A stretch of 24,887 nucleotides of DNA, from NCBI GenBank assembly GCA_044866005.1, contig JBIOTN010000195.1:1-24887 (forward strand), given 5' to 3'. The notes beneath the pieces are model-generated. The model did no database searches and had not been told where the DNA came from. It saw only the letters and a list, made by a program, of their open reading frames with translations. This document shows, piece by piece, positions 17,829-24,887 of this stretch. Made by a program: the position numbers and the translations under genes. How positions within the stretch are numbered: position 1 is the first letter of the stretch; every line of letters begins with the position of its first letter. This stretch comes from Candidatus Rokuibacteriota bacterium. Lineage in GTDB: Bacteria > Methylomirabilota > Methylomirabilia > Rokubacteriales > DASRDR01.

Positions 17829-18032
17829 ATGGCTGTCGCACGCGTCACGAAGATCACCGCGGCCTCCACCCGGAGCTGGCAGGATGCGGTCACCGAGGGC
17901 CTGAAGCGCGCGAACAAGACGCTCCGCGGCATCACGGGTCTTCACGTCGTCGAGCACAAGGCGCACATCGAGAAGGGCAAGATCACGGAGTACCGCGTGA
18001 CCATGGAGATCACCTTCATCCTGGAGGATTGA
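17829..18032 (+). CDS. Dodecin-family small flavin/CoA-binding protein (67 aa).
   Basis: MAVARVTKITAASTRSWQDAVTEGLKRANKTLRGITGLHVVEHKAHIEKGKITEYRVTMEITFILED follows the dodecin pattern, as in M. tuberculosis Rv1498A (...VTMKVGFRLED). A GAGGAGG site lies 5 nt upstream. Confidence 0.7.
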   Translation: MAVARVTKITAASTRSWQDAVTEGLKRANKTLRGITGLHVVEHKAHIEKGKITEYRVTMEITFILED

Positions 18033-18037
18033 GCTCC

Positions 18038-18592
18038 ATGGAGAAGACGGCGCTCTTGATCATCGACGCCCAGCAGGAGTACTTCGCCCCCCTCGGCAAG
18101 CTCGTCTTGCCCGACGGCCCGAAAGCCGTCGCACGGATCAGCCAGGCGCTCGAGTGGGCCCGCGCGCGCGACGTGCCGGTGTTCCACGTCGTGCACGAGA
18201 GCCGCCGGCCCGGCGCGACGATCTTCGTGCCCGGCAGCCCGGCGCTGGAGATCCATCCCGCGGTGCGTCCCGCGCCGGGCGAGCCCGTGATCCGGAAGCA
18301 CCTGCCGGGCTCGTTCACCGACACGCCGCTCGAGACGGAGCTCCGGAAGCGCGGTGTCGAGCGGGTCATCGTCTCGGGCTTCATGACCCAGATGTGCTGC
18401 GACACGACGACGCGGGAGGCGGCGCACCGAGGCTTCAAGGTGACCCTGCTCGCCGACGCCACCGCGGCCATGGACGTGAAGGCGCCCGACGGTGAGCTGA
18501 TCCCGCACGACCAGGTGCACCGGACGCACCTCGCGAGCCTGAACGGCTTCCTCGCGGAGGTGAAGCGCACGGACGAAGTCACGGGCGCGTGA
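18038..18592 (+). CDS. Isochorismatase-family cysteine hydrolase.
   Basis: ALLIIDAQQEYF starts the sequence. The catalytic region VIVSGFMTQMCCDTT is present. The protein is 184 aa. Confidence 0.8.
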   Translation: MEKTALLIIDAQQEYFAPLGKLVLPDGPKAVARISQALEWARARDVPVFHVVHESRRPGATIFVPGSPALEIHPAVRPAPGEPVIRKHLPGSFTDTPLETELRKRGVERVIVSGFMTQMCCDTTTREAAHRGFKVTLLADATAAMDVKAPDGELIPHDQVHRTHLASLNGFLAEVKRTDEVTGA

Positions 18593-20259
18593 GCGGGGAG
18601 ACCGCGAGGGTGGCGAGCGCGACGGGCGTGGGCGCGTGGCCGGACGCGCCGGTCACCTACCAGGACGTCCCCGAGCAGTTCAACATGGCCACCGTGCTCG
18701 TGGACCGCCACCTCGCCGCGGGGCGCGGGGCGCGGCCCGCGATCCTCACGCCCGACGGCGCTCTCTCCTACGCGGCGGTCGGCGCCGGCGTCGCGCGCGC
18801 GGCGCACCTGCTGGCGCGCCTGGGCGTGCGGCGCGAGCAGCGGGTCGCGATCCTCCTGCCCGACTCCCCCGAGTTCGTCTACGTCTTCCTGGGCGCGATG
18901 AAGGCCGGCATGGTCCCCGTGCCCCTCTCCACGCTCGGCACGCCCGAGGACTACGACTACATGCTCCGGGACAGCCGGGCCGTCGCCCTGGTGGTCCATC
19001 GCGGGGTGGTTCGGGGCGTGGCGCAGCCGGGCAGTGCCCTGGCCGGCCTTTACGAGCGGGTCGAGCCCGTCTGGCGTGCGGTTCCGACGCTCGCCAACTG
19101 TCTCGTCGTGGGAGAGGCCCCGCCCGGCACGCTGCCGTTCGCCGCCGCGCACGCGGCGGAGGCCGAGGGCTTCGACGCCGTCCCCACCCACCGGGACGAC
19201 ATGGCCTACTGGCTCTATTCCTCGGGGACCACGGGCCGGCCGAAGGCGATCGTGCACCTCCACCACGACATGCTCTTCTGCGTGGAGCCCTACGCCCGCC
19301 ACGTCCTCCGGCTCACCGCGGAGGACCGGACGTTCGGCGTCCCGCGCCTCTTTTTCTCGTTCGGGCTCACCTCGTGCCTCTACCTACCGTTCTCCGTCGG
19401 CGCCTCCACCGTCCTCGTCGCCGAGCGACCTGATCCCGCCCGGGTGTTCGAGCTGTGCTCAAGGTTGCGCCCCACCATCTTCTTCTCGGTGCCAACCTTC
19501 TACGCGGCCCTCCTCCGCGACGCGGAGACGACCGCGCCCGACCTCTCCTCGCTCCGCCTCTGCGTCTCGGCCGGCGAGCCGCTGCCCGCGCCGCTCTACG
19601 AGCGGTGGGTCAGGCGGACCGGCGTCGAGTGCCTGGACGGCCTCGGCGCCACCGAGGTCGGCTACATCTACATCTCGAACCGGCCGGGCGCCGTCCGCCC
19701 CGGCTCCTCGGGGCAGCTCCTGCCGGGCTTTCGGGCGCGCGTCCAGGACGCCCAGGACCGCGAACTGCCGCCCGGCGCCGTGGGGGAGCTCTGGATGTCC
19801 GGCGAATCGGTCGCCGCGGGCTACTGGAACAAGCACGACAAGACCAAGGCGGCGTTCGTCGGGGAGTGGTTCCGGACCGGCGACCGGTACCGCGTGGACC
19901 CCGACGGCTACTACTTCTACGAGGGCCGCGCCGACGACCTCATGCGGGTCGGCGGGAACTGGGTCTCGCCGCTCGAGGTGGAATCGTGCCTGCTCGAGCA
20001 CCCGGCCGTGGCGGAGTGCGCCGTGGTCGGGGCCCGCGACGCCGATGGGCTCGAGAAGCCGCGCGCGTACGTCGTGCTGCGTCCCGGCGCGGCCGCCGCG
20101 GGACTCGAGGACGCGCTGCGCGCCCACGCCAAGACGCGGCTCCAGCCGTTCAAGGCGCCGCGCTGGGTGACGGTGGTCGCCGAGCTTCCGAAGACGGCCA
20201 CCGGCAAGGTGCAGCGCTATCGCCTCCGCGCCGGCTCCACCGGGCCGGAGGTGGTATAG
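18589..20259 (+). CDS. Benzoate-CoA-ligase-family AMP-dependent synthetase, a candidate (hydroxy)benzoate-CoA ligase.
   Basis: FNMATVLVDRHLAAGRGARPAIL is the benzoate-CoA ligase N-terminal signature. AMP-binding motif YSSGTTGRPKAIVHLHHD. The GTG start overlaps the upstream stop (GTGA). Confidence 0.85.
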   Translation: MSGETARVASATGVGAWPDAPVTYQDVPEQFNMATVLVDRHLAAGRGARPAILTPDGALSYAAVGAGVARAAHLLARLGVRREQRVAILLPDSPEFVYVFLGAMKAGMVPVPLSTLGTPEDYDYMLRDSRAVALVVHRGVVRGVAQPGSALAGLYERVEPVWRAVPTLANCLVVGEAPPGTLPFAAAHAAEAEGFDAVPTHRDDMAYWLYSSGTTGRPKAIVHLHHDMLFCVEPYARHVLRLTAEDRTFGVPRLFFSFGLTSCLYLPFSVGASTVLVAERPDPARVFELCSRLRPTIFFSVPTFYAALLRDAETTAPDLSSLRLCVSAGEPLPAPLYERWVRRTGVECLDGLGATEVGYIYISNRPGAVRPGSSGQLLPGFRARVQDAQDRELPPGAVGELWMSGESVAAGYWNKHDKTKAAFVGEWFRTGDRYRVDPDGYYFYEGRADDLMRVGGNWVSPLEVESCLLEHPAVAECAVVGARDADGLEKPRAYVVLRPGAAAAGLEDALRAHAKTRLQPFKAPRWVTVVAELPKTATGKVQRYRLRAGSTGPEVV

Positions 20260-20268
20260 TGTCCGACG

Positions 20269-20469
20269 ATGAAGGTGATCCTGCGCAACCAGGGGAGAGA
20301 ACTGGACCTCGCGGGCCGCCGGCGCGTCAAGGAGCTGCTGAGCGAGCTCGGCGTCCTGCCGGAGAGCGTGCTCGTCATCCGCGGGCGCGAGCTCTTGACG
20401 GTGGACGAGGTGGTGCGGGAGGACGACGTGATCGAGCTGCGCCCGGTCATCTCGGGGGGCCGCCGGTGA
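20269..20469 (+). CDS. ThiS/MoaD-like beta-grasp sulfur-carrier protein (66 aa) ending ...VISGG-RR.
   Basis: The 66-aa MKVILRNQGRELDLAGRRRVKELLSELGVLPESVLVIRGRELLTVDEVVREDDVIELRPVISGGRR follows the ThiS/TtuB pattern. The Gly-Gly is followed by two extra Arg residues. Confidence 0.7.
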   Translation: MKVILRNQGRELDLAGRRRVKELLSELGVLPESVLVIRGRELLTVDEVVREDDVIELRPVISGGRR

Positions 20470-21494
20470 AGTGCCGGAAGTGCGGCAGCCGCGCCGTGCT
20501 GGAGCTCAGGCGGCACAACCTCGCGCTCTGCGGGGAGGATTTCATCGGCTTCTTCCGCCACCACACGCTCGAGACCGTGCGGCGCTGGAAGATGTTCACG
20601 CCGGACGACCGACTGCTCGTGGCGGTGTCGGGGGGCAAGGACTCGCTGGCCCTCTGGGACGTGCTGCACGGCGCCGGGTACCGGACGGCCGGCCTCTACA
20701 TCGACCTCGGCATCTTCGACTACTCGCGCGAGTCGAAGGCCCGGTGCCAGGCGTTCGCCGCCGAGCGGGGCGTCCCTCTCCTCGTCGCCTCCGTGGCCGA
20801 CGAGGTCGGCGCCGGCATTCCCCGCGTCAAGGAGGTCACGCGGCGACCCACGTGCTCGGCGTGCGGACTCTCCAAGCGTTACATCATGAACCGGGCGGCG
20901 CTGGAGGGCGGGTTCACCGTCCTCGCCACGGGCCACAACCTCGACGACGAAGCCGCGACGCTGTTCGGCTCGACGCTGCGCTGGGACGAGTCCGCCCTGG
21001 CCCGACAGACGCCCGTGCTCGAGGCGACCCACCCCAAGCTCGTCCGGCGGGTCAAGCCGCTCTTCCGCACGAGTGAGCGCGAGACCGCGGCGTACGCCTT
21101 TCTGCGCGGCATCGACTACATCGTCGAGGAGTGTCCGTTCGCGCGCGGCGCGACCTCCATCGCGCACAAGGAGACCCTGAACCGGCTGGAGGACGCCTCC
21201 CCGGGCGCGAAGGCGACCTTCTTCCTGAACTACCTGGAGCATGGCCGTCACCGCTTCCAGGCGGGCGAATCGGTGGACCTGCGGGAGTGCGCGCGCTGCG
21301 GCCAGACGACGACGGGCGAGGTCTGCGCGTTCTGCAAGCTCGCCGATCACGTCCGCCGCGCGATGCCCGCGCCGGGCCCGGCAGGGGCGACCGCGCCGAC
21401 GGGGTCGGCGGTGCCCGCCGGAGCGGACGACCCGGAGCCGCTCCGCGGTCTGATCTCGGACCTGACCGCGGCCACCGAGATTCACGCGCCCTGA
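20465..21494 (+). CDS. TtuA/NcsA-family PP-loop ATPase (Fe-S-dependent 2-thiolation enzyme).
   Basis: N-terminal zinc finger (VKCRKCGSRAVLELRRHNLALCGEDF). PP-loop (AVSGGKDSLAL). Candidate Fe-S ligands (CSAC...EECPF). C-terminal zinc finger (CARCGQTTTGEVCAFC). The GTG start overlaps the ThiS-like stop (GTGA). Confidence 0.8.
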
Positions 21495-21510
21495 CGGGCG
21501 CCGTCCGACC

Positions 21511-22332
21511 GTGCCGCGTCCCGCGCCGCCCGCGCCCAACGCCGATCAGGTGATCTTCGTCGGGTCGGGCGGAGGCCGCATGACCACCGCCACGCAGGCC
21601 CGCGCCACCGGGGGGCTGTGGGTGGTCCTGGACGGCGCGCGGCTCCTGGTGGACCCCGGCCCGGGAGCGCTCGTCCACGTGCGGGGACGCGCGCTCGCGC
21701 TCGATCCCACGCGCCTCGACGCGATCGTCCTCACGCACAAGCACCTGGATCACTCGGGTGACGTCAACGCCATGATCGAGGCGATGACCGAGGGCGGCAC
21801 CCGACCGCGCGGGAGTGTGCTGGCGCCGCGCGACGCGTACGAGGACGATCCCGTCATCCTCCGCTACGTCCGGCCCTACGTCGGCAAGACCCTCGTGCTC
21901 GAGCCGGGCGGCCGCTACCCGATCGGCGACGTGATCGTGGAGACGCCGCTCCGGCTGCGCCATCCCGTCGAGACCTACGGCCTCAGGCTCACCGGCCGGC
22001 GTTACAGCGTCGGCCTGATCGCGTGCACGGGATACTTCCCGGAGCTCGAGACGGCGTTCCAAACGGACGTGCTGATCCTCAACGTCGTCTTTCGCGAGCC
22101 GCGCGACGACATCCACCTGGCGCTTCCGGACGCGCGGCGTCTGATCGGCGCCATCCGGCCGCGGCTGGCCGTCCTGACCCACTTCGGCCTCACCATGGTG
22201 CGCGCCCGGCCGTGGGAGCTGGCCGAGACGCTCAGCCAGGAGACCGGCGTCCGCGTGCTCGCCGCCCGGGACCGCTGGCGGCTCGTGCTGGACGAGGCCC
22301 TGCCGGACCGCGCGGCTACGGGGACGGCGTGA
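21511..22332 (+). CDS. MBL-fold metallo-hydrolase.
   Basis: VIFVGSGGG N-terminal strand and the THKHLDHSGD metal-binding motif. The start may be the GTG at 21550 rather than 21511. Confidence 0.75.
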   Translation: MPRPAPPAPNADQVIFVGSGGGRMTTATQARATGGLWVVLDGARLLVDPGPGALVHVRGRALALDPTRLDAIVLTHKHLDHSGDVNAMIEAMTEGGTRPRGSVLAPRDAYEDDPVILRYVRPYVGKTLVLEPGGRYPIGDVIVETPLRLRHPVETYGLRLTGRRYSVGLIACTGYFPELETAFQTDVLILNVVFREPRDDIHLALPDARRLIGAIRPRLAVLTHFGLTMVRARPWELAETLSQETGVRVLAARDRWRLVLDEALPDRAATGTA

Positions 22333-22948
22333 CGCCGCACGCCGCCAGGAGGGCGCCGAGGTCGTCGGCGCGGTCCATCCGGAAGTAGACGCCGCGCATC
22401 CCGACCCCCGTCGCGGCCGCCACGTTCCGCTCGTCGTCGTCCACGAACACGCACGTCTCGGGCGGCAGGTTCAGGCGCGCCGCGGCCAGCCGATAGATCG
22501 CCGGCTCCGGCTTCGCGATCCCGACCTCCGCGGAGCACACGACCGCGTCGAAGAGATCGCGGATCCCCAGACCCTCGCGCAGTCGCTGCGGCAGCGAGGC
22601 GTCGGCGTTCGACAGGATCGCCGTCCGGTAGGGCGGGCGGAGCGCTCGCACCAGGGCGACGTTCTCGGGGATCACGTGCTGGGCGGCGCGCCAGGTCTCG
22701 TGGAGCGGCGGCAGCGCGCGGCCGGCGCGCGCTTCGAGCAGTCGATGGGCCTCCTGGAGCCACGCCTGCCGCTCGCCGCGGCCGCACTGGATCGCGGCCC
22801 ACGTCGGCGTCCGGTAGAGCGTCTCGACGAGGGAGCCGGGCGGCAGGCCGTGGGCCTCCTCGAGCGCGCGGGCGACGTCCCAGCGCATGTCGTGGATCAC
22901 GCCGCCGAAGTCGAAGAGGATGCCCCGCACCGCGGCGGGCCCGGTCAC
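22316..22948 (-). CDS. HAD-superfamily hydrolase (subfamily IA-like).
   Basis: Motif I is ILFDFGGVI. The ILSNA and VFVDDDERN motifs are present. GTG start. Its stop overlaps the 3' end of the convergent MBL gene by 17 nt. Confidence 0.75.
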   Translation of the reverse strand: MTGPAAVRGILFDFGGVIHDMRWDVARALEEAHGLPPGSLVETLYRTPTWAAIQCGRGERQAWLQEAHRLLEARAGRALPPLHETWRAAQHVIPENVALVRALRPPYRTAILSNADASLPQRLREGLGIRDLFDAVVCSAEVGIAKPEPAIYRLAAARLNLPPETCVFVDDDERNVAAATGVGMRGVYFRMDRADDLGALLAACGVTPSP

Positions 22949-23343
22949 GACGCCGCGCTCTCCGAGACCGGCCTGATCCGGATCAACACGCTGGTGCGGT
23001 CCCGCAAGCCCCGGCGGATCCGTCGCCCCATGACGAGCGGGACGAGCAGCCAGTACTTCCGTCGGTAGGCGGCGAGGATCGCCTGCTCGAGATCGGGCCG
23101 GTCGTCCACCCAGTCAGCCCGGCCCTCGAAGGCGGGGCCGGCCTGCGTGCCGACGTGGACCGTGACGCGGCCGTTCCGGCGGATGCGGCGGGCCTTGAGG
23201 CTCGCCCGCTGCGTGGTGAAGTAGACGGCGCCGTCGTGGAGCCAGAGCCAGGTCGGGACACTGCCGGGTGTGCCGGCCTCACTGTAGGTCGTCAGGTACA
23301 TGTACTTGGCGCGGCGGAGCGCCTCGGCCAGCTCGGGGCTCAC
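22945..23343 (-). CDS. Pyridoxamine-5'-phosphate-oxidase-like FMN/F420-binding split-barrel protein.
   Basis: YLTTYSEAGTPGSVPTWLWLHDGAVYFTTQRASLKARRIRRNGRVTVHV follows the PNPOx-like pattern. The stop overlaps the HAD start (GTGA). Confidence 0.6.
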   Translation of the reverse strand: MSPELAEALRRAKYMYLTTYSEAGTPGSVPTWLWLHDGAVYFTTQRASLKARRIRRNGRVTVHVGTQAGPAFEGRADWVDDRPDLEQAILAAYRRKYWLLVPLVMGRRIRRGLRDRTSVLIRIRPVSESAAS

Positions 23344-23381
23344 CGGTCGTCCATGCTAACACGCCGCGCGGCGCGCCGCGG

Positions 23382-23410
23382 TTGCGGCCCGGCGACGCCG
23401 CCGGTATAGT
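23382..23410 (+). promoter_or_regulatory. Candidate thiolase promoter: -35 TTGCGG (23382-23387), 17-nt spacer, -10 TATAGT (23405-23410).
   Basis: Spacing is 17 nt and the -10 is good. It lies about 50 nt upstream of the ATG at 23462 in a divergent intergenic region, and is preceded by the 14-bp palindrome CGCGGCGCGCCGCG (23367-23380). Confidence 0.4.
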
Positions 23411-23461
23411 GAGGGCGGCGCTTGCCTGGATCGACCGCCGCGCGCTCGGAGGAGGCTCTGC

Positions 23462-24608
23462 CATGCCCGACGTCGTCATCGTCGAAGCCGTCCGCTCCCC
23501 GGTCGGCCGCAAGAACGGCCGGCTGGCGGCGGTCCGCCCGGACGACCTCGCGGCGCACGTCCTGCGGGCCCTCGTCGAGCGGGCGGGCATCGAGCCGGCG
23601 GTGGTCGAGGACGTGATCCTGGGATGCGTCGACCAGGTCGGCGAGCAGGGGTTCAACATCGCGCGTAACGCCGCGTTGATCGCCGGCTTCCCGCTCGACG
23701 TCTGCGGCGTCACGCTCGACCGCATGTGCGGCTCCGGTCAGCAGGCGGCGAACTTCGGCTTCGGCATGGTGGCGGCGGGACAGCACGAGTGCGTCATCGT
23801 CGGCGGCGTCGAGAACATGAGCCGCGTGCCCATGGGCGCGAACGGCATCGGCCCGGGGGACGGTCCCATCAGCCCGAGGCTCGCCGAGCGCTACGACATC
23901 GTGCCGCAGGGGATCTCGGCCGAGCTGATCGCCGAGAAGTGGGGCCTCGGGCGCGCGGAGCTCGACGAGTTCGCGGCCCGGAGCCACGAGAGGGCCGGCC
24001 GCGCGATCGCGGAGGGGCGATTCGCTCGGGAGATCGTGCCGGTGGGGCTTCCGGACGGCTCCGCGTTCGGCGTCGACGAGGGCGTCCGGGTCCCGGTGAA
24101 TCGCGCGAAGATGGCCGGCCTCCCCCCCGCCTTCAAGCCCGACGGCGTCGTGACGGCCGGCAACTCGAGCCAGATCTCGGACGGCGCGGCGGCGCTCCTG
24201 CTGATGTCGCGCGAGAAGGCCCGCGCGCTCGGCGTGCGCCCGCGGGCGCGCTTCGTCGCCACGGCGCTGGCCGGCGTCGACCCCACGATCATGCTGACGG
24301 GGCCCATCCCGGCCACCCGGCGCGTGCTGGAGAAGGCGGGCCTCGCCCTCGCCGAGATGGCCCGCATCGAGATCAACGAGGCGTTCGCCTCCGTCGTCCT
24401 GGCCTGGGAGCGCGAGCTCGGCCCCGACATGGCGACCGTCAACGTCAACGGTGGCGCGATCGCCCTGGGGCACCCGCTCGGCTGCTCGGGGGCCAGGCTC
24501 CTCACGACGCTCCTCCACGAGCTCGAGCGGTGCGGCGGGCGGTTTGGCCTGCAGACCATGTGCATCGGGTTCGGGCAGGGCATCGCCACCATCATCGAGC
24601 GGCTCTGA
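23462..24608 (+). CDS. Acetyl-CoA C-acyltransferase (thiolase II), a candidate beta-ketoadipyl-CoA thiolase of the aromatic lower pathway.
   Basis: MPDVVIVEAVRSPVGRKNG is the N-terminus. The active-site Cys is in DRMCGSGQQA, and NVNGGAIALGHPLGCSGARL and CIGFGQG are present. A GGAGGAGG site lies 7 nt upstream. Confidence 0.9.
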
Positions 24609-24612
24609 CACC

Positions 24613-24696
24613 ATGGCCGGGTACTACTGTCCCCGCTGCAAGAAGACCGCGCCGCTCCAGAAGGTGTGCTGCGGCCGTCCCATGAAGAAGGGATGA
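24613..24696 (+). CDS. Possible 27-aa Cys4 zinc-ribbon microprotein, translationally coupled to the thiolase.
   Basis: MAGYYCPRCKKTAPLQKVCCGRPMKKG, with CPxC...CC. The ATG is 4 nt after the thiolase stop. There is no independent ribosome-binding site. Confidence 0.3.
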   Translation: MAGYYCPRCKKTAPLQKVCCGRPMKKG

Positions 24697-24705
24697 GCCC
24701 GGGCC

Positions 24706-24887
24706 GACTCGCGTCGCCCCGGGTCGTCCTGCATCACGGCCAGGACGCGCTCGGCCTGCGGCCTCGCGGCCGTCCCGGCCTCCGCGGTCGCCGCCGGGCC
24801 TCGGTACCCGGCGTCGTCCCGGGGGGAGGCAGGCCCGGTCCGTTCGCGGGAGAGCGAACGGCGCGGCTTTGCCGCGAGGGCCGTGGG
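24706..24887 (+). repeat. Copy 2 of the roughly 180-nt GC-rich structured element, truncated by the window edge and lying directly after the microprotein/thiolase stop.
   Basis: Same conserved 5' block and GGGGGAGGCAGGCCCG block as copy 1. Hairpins CCGTTCGC-GGGAGA-GCGAACGG and GCGGC-TTT-GCCGC correspond to GCCGGTCGC-TCGGGA-GCGACCGGC and CCGGC-TTT-GCCGG in copy 1. Confidence 0.6.

Overview
The window is about 70% GC, so almost every long reverse-strand ORF in the track is a coding-strand shadow. This looks like a soil-type, high-GC bacterial chromosome, and I cannot assign a taxon from the sequence alone. Gene starts are mostly GTG or ATG, and many are translationally coupled through 4-nt GTGA or ATGA overlaps.

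Layout, left to right:
- 1-669: a pseudogene scar in which an internal IS5/IS1182-type transposase fragment is fused to the C-terminal half of an SPFH/stomatin gene.
- 843-2824, minus strand: a groES-groEL operon. Its promoter and a non-canonical inverted-repeat operator sit in the divergent region.
- 3030-3620: two small plus-strand genes, one of them a GlsB/YeaQ/YmgE-family membrane protein.
- 3640-5330: a roughly 1.7 kb gene-poor segment of lower GC (about 53-58%).
- 5332-12527: a five-gene, tightly coupled operon. It encodes a three-subunit xanthine-dehydrogenase-family molybdoenzyme with the 4-hydroxybenzoyl-CoA reductase (HcrCAB) signature, namely a four-Cys [4Fe-4S] insertion in the FAD subunit. 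This is fused in the same operon to boxC and boxB of the aerobic benzoyl-CoA epoxide pathway, and boxA is absent.
- 12738-13292: an XRE-HTH plus cupin regulator.
- 13446-14480: a secreted protein, on the minus strand.
- 14722-16083: a sigma54-dependent NtrC-type response regulator, on the minus strand.
- 16456-22332: a divergent seven-gene operon. In order it holds a PaaK-type aryl-CoA ligase, a dodecin, an isochorismatase-family hydrolase, a benzoate-CoA-ligase-type enzyme, a ThiS/MoaD-like sulfur carrier, a TtuA/NcsA-type PP-loop sulfurtransferase and an MBL-fold hydrolase.
- 22316-23343: a HAD hydrolase and a PNPOx-like gene, on the minus strand.
- 23462-24696: a thiolase followed by a coupled 27-aa Cys4 microprotein.

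A roughly 180-nt GC-rich element recurs immediately after the stop codons of boxB and of the thiolase/microprotein unit. Two of its hairpins differ between the copies by compensatory base changes, which points to a structured RNA or a repeat family.

The most interesting candidates are the hybrid Hcr-Box operon, the aryl-CoA-ligase plus ThiS/TtuA sulfur-relay operon, and the covarying repeated element.
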